From Tubulanus polymorphus (lineage: Eukaryota; Animalia; Nemertea): 64,000 nt of DNA. Shown here in pieces: positions 11,537 to 23,794 of the stretch (position 1 is the first letter of the stretch; every line of letters starts with the position of its first letter). A program made the position numbers and the translations under genes. A model generated the notes under the pieces. It did not search any database and was not told the origin of the DNA. It was given only the letters and a program-made list of their open reading frames with translations. The DNA is taken from the NCBI RefSeq assembly GCF_964204645.1, contig NC_134035.1, forward strand, positions 5,394,001-5,458,000, given 5' to 3'.

Positions 11537-14002
11537 CTAAAGCATAGCTATGTAGTCTTTCATATGCGATGGTATCGGTAAATTAGAGATTACATCGGCT
11601 ACGTTCGTGGAGGATTGAAAAATCACATTCCTTACTTTCACGCGACACAAAACCTGCAAATTCCCCGGTTTCGAAACGATGCGTCTCACACGTTCGATGT
11701 ACGCCAGACGCTCGGACGGCAATCGAACCCTCGGCCGCGACTCGAAAACGTTCGCGCCGAACCAGTATTTGAAAACGGACTTCACGTCGGCCGCGTGGCA
11801 ACCGCAATCGAGCAACAATCGAACGAAAGCGCCGTCGTGAAGCACGCCCTGGAACGCAAGCGTGTTGCCGCTGAAGCGATACGGAATCCCGCACAGCTTA
11901 CGCACAATGTACGACAGAATAAACGGATTGTGGCTGCGCCATTGGAACAAGTGACGCTCGAACGACTGGAAAAACGAACACTTCTCCGCGTACGAGCAAT
12001 AATCGAAAACGACGTCGAGAATTTCGCAGAGTTGCGCCGACGTCAACTGGTTCTTGGCATCAAGAGCGGCGACCGTTTCAATCTTCCACATCCCCTTCGA
12101 CAGCAGTCCGCTCGCTACTGACTCCGGATGTAGCTTCAACAAATACATAAACGTCGGAAAAAACCGTTCGACTTTTTGTTTGTCGTCGGCGATGCGTAAA
12201 ACAGCGATCGTGATCGCGTCGATCAGAAACCTCGCCTGTAAATGTCGTAATCGCGTGACGATCGTGCGAACCGACGACAACAGCTCGCGATTGAAATCCA
12301 TCAGATACTCGTCGTCGTAGCCGATGACGACGACGTCGCTTTTATCGTCGTAATCGACGTCGAATGAGAAAACGTGAACGACGTTTCGACGGTGAACTTC
12401 GGCTCCTAACTCGAGCAGACGATCGACGAGTTTCAGATTCCGCGCTCGACACGCGGCGATCAACGCCGAAATACCGTCGTGATTACAACCGGTAACCAGC
12501 GCCCCGGCCGCGATCAACATCTCGAAAACCGTTGACGCGTCGTCCGTCGATTTCGAGTCGGTTTTCGAGATACGGATCAACGGCGTGTCGCCGGTCGCCG
12601 GGTCGAACGAATTGACGTCGGCTAGTTTCAGCAAAACTCGCGTCATCTCTGGTCGCGCTTTCAAACACGCGTACAACAAATACTCGACGACGTCGCTCGC
12701 GTCCGTCGAGAATTTACTAGATAAAAGACGCCAGATTTCGACCGAGTCGGCATCACACGCGGCGTGGAACGCTGTGTACTCGGCGCCTCCATCTTCGGTC
12801 GCCCCGGCATCCAACAACAATCGAACAATCTCGACGTTTCCGTTTCGACACGCAAGCGTCAACGGAGACACGAATTTCTGTTTGACGTCTTTGATGAGAA
12901 AATGATTTTCCATCTCGCGCGCGACGTCGACGCCTCTTTCGACGAGGAATCGAACGAGATCGGCGCTCGGCGATTTAGCCTTCAGTGTTTCGGCGAGCAG
13001 ATCCTCGAGTTTGACGTTCGACGGTATATCAAGCGACAGCAGGTATTTCACCGCGTTCACCGAGCCGAAATTCGTGCTCTCGCGCAGCAGAATCGCGTAA
13101 TCCGCCGCGTTCAACGTCGCCATCTTTAAATCGTCGACGCAATCGAATAAACAAAGTATGTAGAGATAGTCGAGATACGAGCCGGGTCCGACGATTGGGA
13201 GTAGCATGCGGGCGCAACCTCGCGCCGCGTACCCGAGCGTGATCGACAACCCGACTATGAACCCGTTCATCGCGTCCTCGAACACGTCCCGGTTTTTTAT
13301 ATACTCGTCCAGAACGTCGGTCCAGTCCTCGCTGCACGCCTCGCAGATCATCAACTCGGTCAGTCGTTGGTCGATGAATTGACCGCCGTTCTCGGCGAGC
13401 GTGCGCCCGCGCCAACGCAGAATCCGACGCGCCATTTCGTATTTCTCGCAGCCGTACAACTCGGGGAAGTCCATCAGATCGCCTAAATTCGGCGGAGACT
13501 CGAAACGCGATTCGAGAATATCGACTAGTTTTTGCGGTTCCGCGTTCATCGGTAACTCTCCGTCCGTCGACAGTCCGTCTGTCAACATTCCGTCTATCGA
13601 CTGTCCATCCTCTGTCCGTCCGTCGACCAAACATTTCTGATCGTCTTTACCAGCGGCGTCGACTCTATACTTCGGTAAATCCCAACAATCGAGTTTAAGT
13701 AATTCGAGTACGATATTGCGAGCTTTATGACGTACGGCGTCTTTGAGCAGCGAGTGTTTACGCGTCGCGATCGTCACGCCGTAATAGTCGGATTCCGATT
13801 TTTGTAGAAGGCGCATCATTTTCGGATCGTCGCGAATCATCGCGAAATACATCAGCGACTCGGTCGTACGATTCGGGCTCAGTCTCAACGTGACGTCGAT
13901 TCCGGTTTTCAGGAATTGTCTCGCTAGATTAACGTTGCCGGTCTGTACGGCGTAGTAGAGACCGCCGAGATACTGTTTCCTCTCACTACCAGCCAGCGTC
14001 AT
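11537..14002 (-). CDS. Ankyrin-repeat protein with C-terminal SOCS box (ASB-like Cullin-RING adaptor), single coding exon
   Basis: 821-aa ORF with ankyrin motifs (SPLTLACRNGNVEIVRLLLDAGA, TAFHAAC, GDTPL, SALIAAC) and a terminal SOCS box PGNLQVLCRVKVRNVI...ISNLPIPSHMKDYI. Confidence 0.88.
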   Translation of the reverse strand: MTLAGSERKQYLGGLYYAVQTGNVNLARQFLKTGIDVTLRLSPNRTTESLMYFAMIRDDPKMMRLLQKSESDYYGVTIATRKHSLLKDAVRHKARNIVLELLKLDCWDLPKYRVDAAGKDDQKCLVDGRTEDGQSIDGMLTDGLSTDGELPMNAEPQKLVDILESRFESPPNLGDLMDFPELYGCEKYEMARRILRWRGRTLAENGGQFIDQRLTELMICEACSEDWTDVLDEYIKNRDVFEDAMNGFIVGLSITLGYAARGCARMLLPIVGPGSYLDYLYILCLFDCVDDLKMATLNAADYAILLRESTNFGSVNAVKYLLSLDIPSNVKLEDLLAETLKAKSPSADLVRFLVERGVDVAREMENHFLIKDVKQKFVSPLTLACRNGNVEIVRLLLDAGATEDGGAEYTAFHAACDADSVEIWRLLSSKFSTDASDVVEYLLYACLKARPEMTRVLLKLADVNSFDPATGDTPLIRISKTDSKSTDDASTVFEMLIAAGALVTGCNHDGISALIAACRARNLKLVDRLLELGAEVHRRNVVHVFSFDVDYDDKSDVVVIGYDDEYLMDFNRELLSSVRTIVTRLRHLQARFLIDAITIAVLRIADDKQKVERFFPTFMYLLKLHPESVASGLLSKGMWKIETVAALDAKNQLTSAQLCEILDVVFDYCSYAEKCSFFQSFERHLFQWRSHNPFILSYIVRKLCGIPYRFSGNTLAFQGVLHDGAFVRLLLDCGCHAADVKSVFKYWFGANVFESRPRVRLPSERLAYIERVRRIVSKPGNLQVLCRVKVRNVIFQSSTNVADVISNLPIPSHMKDYIAML

Positions 14003-14179
14003 ATTGCAATATCAGATCTCTATAAATAAACAAGAATTATCATTATCATGAATGATTAATAAATAACACTCGTGTGGTTTTGCTTGATGGGCTGATGTGA
14101 CTGCATAAGCTTAAGGGGTCATCCTTATTACTGATATGATATATGATGTCAATTGTTAAAATCGATAAGGAATAAATAA

Positions 14180-14367
14180 AGGTAAGATTCAAGAATAGGG
14201 GACTAGTGGTTAGGATTAGGGTTAGGATTAGGGTTAGGGTTAGGTTTAGTTCCCTAATCATCATTAATTACTATATCATCATTATCAATTACTAATATTA
14301 TTACTTAATTGATTACTATCACTACATATATATTGCTATAGAGTCCCCTATTCTTGAATCGCACCTA
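14180..14367. mobile_element. Small inverted-repeat element containing TTAGGG-like repeats
   Basis: Ends gattcaagaataggggact and agtcccctattcttgaatc. Internal ggttaggattagggttaggattagggttagggttagg at about 14208-14246. Confidence 0.65.
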
Positions 14368-14919
14368 AATAAATATGTTATATTTCATGTCATCTCGGTT
14401 GATCTCGGTAAAAAACGTCATCTCGGTAATAAGGATGACCGAGCTTAAGCATATAATATGCATTGATGTTATAGACTGATGCAGTACTTTATTAGTGGGG
14501 TATCACTAGACTTTCAAGTTGTGATTGCCATTTTAACTGACTACTTTGACTGCAGACTTTGAGGCCACCCATGCCTATTTACTGTTGTTGCGAAATACTC
14601 AGTCGCTCCAAAGTCTGTGAGTCAACAAAAATATCAAATTCAATCAAAAACACTGACTGTGATTGTGAAGAGATTGAGAAAGACATTACTTACTTCTTTG
14701 ATTCAGACGCAGCTGAGAACTGAACTGTATCTTAACAGTTAATCATCAATTAACCTTAAAATTCATCGATTCGTTCATCAAACGCCAGATATCAATCCTC
14801 TCGATTATTTTTGTTTTTGTTCAGACACGAATAAGGCAAATTCGTTGTAGTGTAGCTACAATCAATCATCGAAATTACTCACATGCCACAGTTATACACG
14901 GTGAACCGTGACAGATCTC

Positions 14920-15436
14920 GACCGTGAAGTGCTGTCTCTGCGTATAACGATAGCGAGAAAAATTGGAACTAACTATTTCCTCGCCTGCCAGACACTTTTT
15001 ACTGAAGCAGTGGACGGACTATTTACCGATTTGCGGGCCGGACTATATGAATTTGTGTTCCAAATAACTTTTCCATTTTCGTAGAACATTTTAACGAAAA
15101 GTCTTCTGCCCTTACACCGGTTACACGGTGTCACTACCATTTTGTTGTTGAAAAGTTCTGCTTCAAATGAATTGTGAAAAAAATGATGTCGAACAAAGAG
15201 GATCGGGCCTTGTCATCCTCTATTCCCTTCAAAACAAATTAGATTTTCAAAAATAATTTGCAATAGAAATGATTGCCGTGTAGTTTAGTGCTGTTTCGCG
15301 AATATCTTCTATGTTCGGCCCGCAAATTGGTAAATAGTTCGTCCATTATGCCTGTAAAAAGTGTCTGGCAGGTGAGTAAAAAGTTAGTTCCCGTTTTTCC
15401 CGCTATCGTTTTACATAGGGGCAACACTTTACGGTA
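14920..15436. mobile_element. Non-autonomous element with about 130-bp imperfect inverted arms
   Basis: The left arm aacgatagcgagaaaaattggaactaac...cctgccagacactttttac...ggactatttacc matches the reverse complement of 15305-15436. Confidence 0.7.
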
Positions 15437-16143
15437 AGAAATATACAGCTCGTTATAGCACGCGGGCCGAAAGCGCTGAATCTGCACAACTCACGCGCGG
15501 ATTCAGACAAAGCCCCGCAGGCACGACGTGCTACCGTTTTTCATTTTCATCCCCTAAGTAAAGAGAGGCATATTTAGTCGTCTATCAATCCCATGTAGAA
15601 AAAGGGCACAGTTTTTGACGAGAGGCCGAGATTAACACTATAATATAAGGCACATTCGGACGGTGTTCAGTCCATCAATTTTGAAAAAACCCCCAAAAGC
15701 GCTCTTTGTCTAGCTCCATCAATCCTTAAAGTGTAAACTTTTACACCAAAAAAACCCCAGTAAATCTTCAACATTTTCTATTGGAGGACCCCACACCCCT
15801 CCTTTGTCGTGGATTATGCCCTTATAAGTTGCCGCGCTACCGTCAGTGGTGCTGGATCAGTCCCTGATACTTTGTAATTTCTTTCTACTTTTAAAACATC
15901 TTTAAAAAGTGGAAAAGTTAATTTGAATCGGGATATTGGTCGATAGTTTATGAAAGGGCCATTAATCGCTGCAATACCTAACCGTGAAGGTGATCGACTC
16001 GAGCCGCTGGGGCTTCCCTTCTTTGTCTTTGGTGCCCGGTTACAATCAAATTGTACAATATAAATATTCATGATATATTTGTTTATTTTTCATTGGTCAA
16101 ATTACTGATTGTTTTCTGCGCCGATGTGGTACCCAGCACTCTA

Positions 16144-16782
16144 CTATTCGACAGTCGGCGGTCTCTCTTCCCAAGCAAATATATATTTTTCAGCCTGATC
16201 CTCTTCAGCCGGTGTCTGAGAAACCTGCGCTGCTTGTACGATATCGCAGAATATAAGAAACAAATATACTAAAGTACAAGTTATAGCGATCGTGTAAGGT
16301 GTCATCAATTCCGAAAAGTCGCCAGTGTATTGGGTTAGAAGTGCGGCGTAGTACGCTGATAGCGCTAAAACTAAGAATGCAAAAACACTGGCGATGACAC
16401 TGGTCGCCATGCAGGCTACGATGTAACGTCGAGAGTTGTATTTGGCCGCTAGAATTCCCAAAAATCCGACAGCTTCGTGCAAAATTCCGACGAACAGAGT
16501 AAGCCACCAAACTCGCCGGGCCACGCCAGCCTGCGGTACTACCAACCCCAACACCGGCACAATAACTCCCGCCGATCCTAATGATATGATACCGTAGGAA
16601 AGAAGTATAACCGCCTTTTTGCGAATGTGCTTCGGTATTTCATCGTCTGATGATATAGGTTGATCACCGACAGCCGAATGAGGTTCGTCTCGCGAACTGT
16701 ACAGTTCATTTCCTTTTGAATGTTGGCCATCGTTACTTGAAAGTGTAATATTTGGAAGAGCGATGCCGTCTTGAGCTGACAT
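16144..16782 (-). CDS. Four-transmembrane MS4A/CD20-like membrane protein, single coding exon
   Basis: 212-aa ORF with four hydrophobic segments and a G-x-x-G-I-L-A-A...Y-I-V-A-C-M-A-T-S-V-I-A pattern like CD20-family TM2-TM3. Acceptor at about 16811 and candidate upstream donor at about 16886. Confidence 0.6.
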   Translation of the reverse strand: MSAQDGIALPNITLSSNDGQHSKGNELYSSRDEPHSAVGDQPISSDDEIPKHIRKKAVILLSYGIISLGSAGVIVPVLGLVVPQAGVARRVWWLTLFVGILHEAVGFLGILAAKYNSRRYIVACMATSVIASVFAFLVLALSAYYAALLTQYTGDFSELMTPYTIAITCTLVYLFLIFCDIVQAAQVSQTPAEEDQAEKYIFAWEERPPTVE

Positions 16783-17357
16783 TATTGCAAAATTCGCACA
16801 GCTTCCAACCTAAGAATGGAAATTAGAAAAGTTTGCGTAACGAAAAAAAATCCTAACACGAATATCGGATGGCTTCTATATATTTACCTTGCTTATTTGG
16901 AAGCCTTTTAAAGCATAACCATTTAAGATTTAAATAGATTATTAGAGGATTTGAATCATAGAGCACATCAAGGAATGGCGGACATTCCCGGTCGTCCAAA
17001 CATTCATCATTGTTGTTTAACGCATCGTAGTAACGACCAAAGGAAGCGGAAAAGACGGAAATATCTGCGGAATTTTCGGGGAAAATTCGACTGAAAACGT
17101 GACCGTCATACACGTAGAAGTCTTGACTATACAATCAAACACAAAGTAATGTTTGGGCTTTTCCAAACTCCAACGGCAACAAAATTTTGAGAGATAGAAA
17201 AAGGCCAAACTCCATTGACGGAAATTGCAGTTGAACAAAAACAAAATCGTCTGTTATTCATTTGTAAATTCGTTAAGAGTTTAATTATACAATATTACAT
17301 GGTTAGATTATGATTATGATGATGATGATGCCCTGAATAACTGGAGTTGGAGGAAGA

Positions 17358-18708
17358 TCAGCTGCCGCGATATGTAGAATATCCGTATGGATTCAATAGT
17401 AACGGTACGTGATAGTGTTCTCCTGGACTCGTTATTTCAAATACAATCTGTAAATAGAATTAAAATCCCATCGTGCTTTACAAAAAGAATTAGGGGAATT
17501 TAAGCCCGTATTGTGTTCTTCTCCTTACTTCGGACTACTTACGTCAACATATGGGTAAAACCCAGTGATATTCTGCTGTTTGAAGTAGGATGCTGTGTCG
17601 AAATACAGTTTGTAGGTTCCTTTAACGAATGTTCCTGGGTCCGTTATCAGGTTCGGCAATCGGCCGTCGGAGTTCGTTTTTCTGTAATAAAAAAAGTTGG
17701 ACTTGGGGTTGGTGGACTGTAGTCATAATGAAAAAAGAAATGACAAAGTTTGACTAAGTTGGGCACTTATATGCTATTTTAAATAGTTTTATAATTTTGA
17801 CATTGCAATGACACCGAGAAAGTCCACAAAACAGCGCTGGGTCAAAATTGCCAATCAAATATTTCAAACCATATGGCGACAATGCCTATTATTCACTTAG
17901 TGACACACACTGAGCCCTATAGTTTCACGGTTGGGTATATAGATTGTGGCACACTGATTATCGCATACTATCACGCATAGCTTGATAATGATAACACAAC
18001 TTGATATATCAGTGATCTCGAAAGCTCCGTTAGATTGTCTGGGTCCAGATGTATCTCAATCTCAAGTTAATTTTCAAACATTCAAGAGTTTAATTGTATA
18101 TATAAAGAACTAGAAAAGGATTTACATAAGAAACTGCCTCTCGACGACTTACCCTTCAGATAGAAGCTTCCAACCGATATTAGGAGTGTCGTAGAAGAGT
18201 TTGATTGGTAAATCGTTAGCCGGCTTACCGATGGACGTATCCAACACGTGGGTCGTTAGCGGATTCGACATATTCGACTGGAACAGATCAGATGGGATCA
18301 TGCACGTAAAAACAAATACGAAGCAATAATGATAACGTAGATTTAGTGTTGTTAATTCATTCCAGAAATTCCACAATATTCAGTTGTGACCATTTGATAT
18401 CCTGCTATGTGTGTAATGATACCAACAGCAGTACTGCTGGTATACACTGTGAACTCCTAATACATGCACTGCATTGAATATTGCCTGATAATTGCTGTCC
18501 GTCCGTTTTAACGATTATCATATTTTTAGTTGTTTGAATAGAATCTGAATCGTTATAATTCAACCCAGGAAACATTTGTGTGTATATCGTTCGGTCTTAC
18601 CTTTCCAGTTGGCAGAATAAGTCCGAGTGTCACAGCAATTCCAGTAATGTATAAAATACACGTCAGTACCGCTGTTACTATAATACCTTGTCGTGAAGCG
18701 ATTGCCAT
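17358..18708 (-). CDS. URAH: 5-hydroxyisourate hydrolase (transthyretin-like), 4 exons, with hydrophobic N-terminal exon
   Basis: Exons 18601-18708, 18153-18277, 17543-17681 and 17358-17447 join in frame: [36 protein letters not shown]|[20 protein letters not shown]...G|KTNSDGRL...FYPYVD|IVFEI...[19 protein letters not shown]. The catalytic His, Arg, His and C-terminal YRGS are present. Confidence 0.93.
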
Positions 18709-19698
18709 ACTTCTAGGTTAACACGAGATATGAACGTTATTCGTTAACGATAACAAATATATTTTCGTCAACTTTCCCGCGATGATTGCAACAAGTATGA
18801 TCGTTCAAACTTTATCCGATCGATCAATGGCAATGGCATCCAGTAATGCCCCTTCTCAAGCGATAAGAATTAATGCGACCTGCTTCTATTGGTCAACGAT
18901 ACGAACTATAATGAAGTATGTTTGGAAACAAATATAGATCATCAGAACCCTGTCATAATAATGCGAAATTCATGTTAATTTTAGATATTCAAACAATTAT
19001 CCAGGGCACTGAAGTATTGAATTATCAGGACTTGTTTTGTGCACCTTCCCCGCTAATGACATTTTTATTTACATGTATTGGATGGTTCCATTCATGAAAA
19101 ACTTTTCTTATTCGTGGAAATTAAGTCGAAGTAGAACAACAAGAAAAGTTCGAGGTTTTGACGTCCTTGAAATGAAAGGTTTCAGCGAACAAACAAAAAA
19201 CGACTGAACAATATCTGATTAGAATAGAACAAGTTATTTATTAGCGGGTTTTCTGTGCTAAATATTCAACACAATTTCCTGCGTGTTTTAGGCTAAAAAA
19301 TTGATACCTTGTTCACACGGCCCTTGTCTTCGTGAGAAAATCAAATCTAACGGTAATTCTCCTTTCAGGAAGAATTTTGTGAGGAGAATCTCGCTGAAAA
19401 TTCCAATAATTCTACACATTTAGTCGATAATGATAATTTATTAATCTTATTACGATTCACAATAAAATAAACAAGTGAAAGACAACAACATATACATTAT
19501 GTACAAACAATAATTCATAAATATTTTATCGCAGCAAAAACAAATCCGATTTTCATGTAGCCAGGTTCATATTAACATATTTTACCAATCGCGCATAGTA
19601 TTTACGGATAAATAGATAAACAACAGTTTTTTTTTCTTCAAAATTTCCCTTTCATCACGTTTTAGTTTTTGGTTTTATTCCTCGGTTTACTGTTCTAT

Positions 19699-22600
19699 TT
19701 AGAAGTCCATGTCATCACCAACATCTAAATAGACATCATATGCCTGTCTATTACACGTTCCTTCAGGAGTAAACATGTATTTGTGGAAAGTTCCATCAAC
19801 GCAGATCGCTGAAAAATCCAAAATAAAATCTTTAAAAGTCTAAGGCAAAGAAAATTGATACCGTACCTTCTCATTTCTGCTTGGCTTAAGAATTTTTCCG
19901 ACCAGTCACCTTAATACCCTGTAAATAACTTAATTCTAAATCATGGTCAAGCTAACTTAACAGACCCAGCATTTACAGAAATAACTGATAAAGAAATTTT
20001 TATTGTGATTTACAAATTGACCAGGCCGATTAGGGGAAACAAGGTATTTCATTTTTAGCCTAATCAATTAACATTTTCATTTACGAGGAATTAATGTAGA
20101 CAGGTGAATTAATTAGATTTTCATATGTTTATTTCACCACAATAGACACCTCCCCCAACTTGATCTGATCAACCAGATTGATATATTCAGATTAACTGGT
20201 CGACTGTACTCACCGTACACAGTGTTTCCAGGTCCAAAAGCGCATATACACGCACATTCTACGGGTACAGTGAAATTAGTTAATCCCCATTGAGATTCGA
20301 CGTACTGACCGAGAAATCCCATCTTCTTAAAACTGCAAAATATAAACAAATGCTTGCTTTAGTACCTCGGAGAAATACAACAATGTTTTTAGATGCAATT
20401 TTAAAGTGTTCATTCAAATGATGAATGGTTCCACAACTGATGATATCTCCTTAAATTCATTATTCTAACGGTTTGGAGATTAATCTTAATCAGAGAAACA
20501 GTTGAAATTTTTTTGGGTTTTTTTTTGTGGGATCGTTCATTAACTTCTACACTCAGAATACATAAGGATCCAGTTCCACAGTTCTGATATAGGATTTGAG
20601 TTAAGAGTTAACTCAATAGAAATGAACTAATTTTAACCCAAACCCCAACTCAAAACTGTGGAACTGGATCATGATTATATATGTCATGAGGCCAGTGAAG
20701 TAGCAGCAGCACCAGAAACCTCTCCACTACCCACTACTCCACCCGGAAAGTATCATTCATTTTACGTACGTTGAACGCTTATTCAGTCGTTGGTCTTTGA
20801 TGGCGAATATATGCACGGTCCCTTTATCACTGGACGTGCACAAATACGACGAATCTAAACTGAAATTAATGCTGCAACGAAAATGGAATCGAAATGAAAT
20901 AACCTCAAAATGTTTCGCGGTTATATCGTACTAGAGAAGTTGTTTACCGACCAGTAGAGTGTAGCAGGATCGGCTCCTCTTCGCAGTTCTAGCAGTTGAG
21001 GCTTTTCTTTCTTAGTTATATCGAATACACGAATCAATGTACCCTGAATAAAACACCACACTTCGATCAATCAATCGCTAAACATTTTAAATGACAAAAC
21101 TCATAAACAATCCGGGTATGACAAACTTTTTCCAATTTTGCCAGTTGTTCAAAGGTAGATTTAAGATAACCTTGAGTTAAACCCACAGTTGATGATATAA
21201 CTATTTATTCTTACGGTTTTGACTAAACTCCATCATCAGAGAAATATAGTAGTTTAATCTAAAAAAATTCGAAACTGTCAGAAAAAAAATCAACTGCGTG
21301 TTTTGTTCATTCACTCTGAAATACCGGTACTGAGGTTACTATCAGTCTACCGGTCATGTTAACCTGTGCTTGTTACATGGACGAATCTATATTCCTGTAC
21401 TCACTTTATTTGAAGCTGTTGCGACCATCGTTCCGGGTTGATTAATGGCGATACACGCGAGGTCTCCTTGGTGAGCATTTATCGTAACGGGACTCGACGA
21501 CACACTTTCAACAGCGGAAACATCGCTAAGATCCTTCAAACAACAACAACAATGATATAAACGCATCTTGTTGAATATGTAATCGATATGTCGGAAAAGC
21601 ATCTAGAAATTGTCAGAAAATGGCTTAAACGTAAAACTTCTTACCAGTAATTGTAAACTTCCGCACTTGTAACCGGGGAATGCGACAATCTGGCGTTCTA
21701 AAGATGGGCTGACCTCACATAACCCTATCAAAATAGCAATATACCCACGCTCGGTTTAAAAACCATTCACTGAATTCGGTTCCAAAGTTGTCATTAAAGG
21801 TTTGAGTTAAGTTAATAAAACATTCAAAATTAACTTATTTTGAAGAAATTAACTAATTTTTAAGATACAGAAAATGTACATCTACATATCTCAGTTATGT
21901 GATTGGTTTATGTTTAAACTTGGATAGCAAAATATTCTCAAAGCTCTCCTAGTCTAATCTAAACACAACCCATCTTATACCTATGAGATATGCAGATGAG
22001 ATTTTCTGTTTCTTCAAAATTACTAGTTGTTTTTTGATGAATTAAATTCAATGCACTCCAATCAACTAATTTTTCAACTGTGTTGTCATTAAGAATTGGG
22101 GCCACTGATTCTGTAGTCGAACCTCTATATTTTTTTATAGCGGATTTGTATCCACAAGTCAGATGTAAGAAGATATATAGAACTGCATATCGAGGGTATC
22201 AATACAATTTTCACCACAGAAGAATCTGTATATTACGAATCGATCATAGTTACACTCACCACGAGGATTATCTCTCGTGTCGAAGCTACAAAGTTTTTGA
22301 GGATTGTTCGGAAACGTAAATACGTGAAGCTGATTGCGTAATACAACGATGAGTCGATCTCTACGCATTCGTACGGCTATCACCGGTTGAGAGAACGTCA
22401 ATTCCATTACGATCTTCCTCTGCTGTTCCTTCTGAGCGTCGTCAACAATTATTACTGAAGTTTGAAAAGGAGAGAATGTACGGTAATCAATCTGATAGTG
22501 CCGGGGTTACTGTTCTCAACTTTCAATTAGGTATAGCCTATATGTCTAAGTTAGTTGAATAGGTAGGGAAACTAGTCTGGATCCAGTTCCACAGTTCTGA

Positions 22601-23568
22601 GTTAAGATTAGACTCAGGGTTAACTCATTGAAAATGAATTGATTTTAGCTCAGAGTTAACTCTAACTCACAACTGTCGAACTGAGCTCTGAACACCAAAA
22701 AATGTACAGGTACCCCGACAATAGATTTTGGCAACAACAGCTCAGTCTAGTATCTAGCCATTGTTCCTAAAATTAGCATTGATTGTGGACTAAAATCTGT
22801 GGTTTTGCATTGCAAGAAACAGGAATTTACATATATTTAACAGTTTGGCGTAGCGTCGGTAGGGGAACCCTAGCTTTACATTGTCTGGTATTTAGACTAG
22901 TTACTTAAGGCTTTAGGAAAGCCTGGACAATCAATAATTGGAAGAATTTCACTAAAGAACTGACGAATATCACTCTACTCAGGGCATTCAGTCATTTCAA
23001 ACGACGGTTTAAAGCATACCAGTGTTTTCAGCAAATTTCGGCGTCTGTCCGCCAGCCACAATAGCGAGGAGGTTTGTCCTGTAGAGCATTTCGGCTTGAG
23101 ATAAACTGCCCACGACATCAGCTCCTGCAAAATATCAAATGGAATTTCATAGTACTTTTAAGTTACAGCGCCGATGATACGAAATCACAGGATAAGGATT
23201 GGGTCAATTCAAAAATTTTGGATAGGCCTATCCTTTCCTATCATACCGAAGTTTAGCTTTTGCGTTAAGGGCTCCACATTGTATATTCTCAGCCCAGCGT
23301 CCATTGTACATGTAAAACAACCTGCAAAATTAGCAAAATCTGACATTTCAGCAAAGAGGAGCAGTACCAGTGGGGGTTGGACGCACAGGGGCCTGACACA
23401 AAAAGTGTTGACCCACAGCCAAAGGCCCTGGCCTCAGGCTGGCTTTTTTGCCTTTCTTTGTTGGCCTTTTTAGGCAAGCAGGCCTGTGCCGTGGAAACGG
23501 TTTAATGAATGAAGTTATTTACCATGATCCTGGTTGAATCTAAGCCCGATCACATTACGATTCGTCAT
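19699..23568 (-). CDS. WDR45: WD repeat domain phosphoinositide-interacting protein 4 (PROPPIN), multi-exon
   Basis: Starts [16 protein letters not shown], continues with [14 protein letters not shown] and the LRRG lipid-binding motif ([17 protein letters not shown]), and ends [35 protein letters not shown], typical of WIPI4. Confidence 0.92.
20567..20670. mobile_element. PIF/Harbinger-like palindromic MITE (family member)
   Basis: Inverted ends gatccagttccacagtt and aactgtggaactggatc. Related copies at about 22579-22688 and 50086-50195. Confidence 0.7.
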
Positions 23569-23794
23569 CGCATTCACTCGATGCTTGTCAACAACTAGAA
23601 AATAGTTTTATTACACAATTCTTTCATAGCGAAACCATTTGTTGACATTGTGAAAACTTATTACCGGCTCGTGCTGTCACCTACACATAGTTTCAGCATT
23701 CCGAGTCCGAGATACCCAGTATAATATCAAGGTCGTTGAGCCAAAAATTTGGGAATTTGACAACTGGTGAATTTTAACGAAAAATGCGAAGAAG

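Noticed and set aside
6979-13640. Many Arg-rich antisense or alternative-frame ORFs overlapping INTU and the ankyrin gene (also in PIGV, SPT2 and the MS4A-like gene)
   Set aside because: Expected by-product of CpG-rich, stop-poor codon usage, with no recognisable domains.
14208-14246. True telomere or fusion site
   Set aside because: Only a few imperfect units in one orientation, enclosed in a TIR element.
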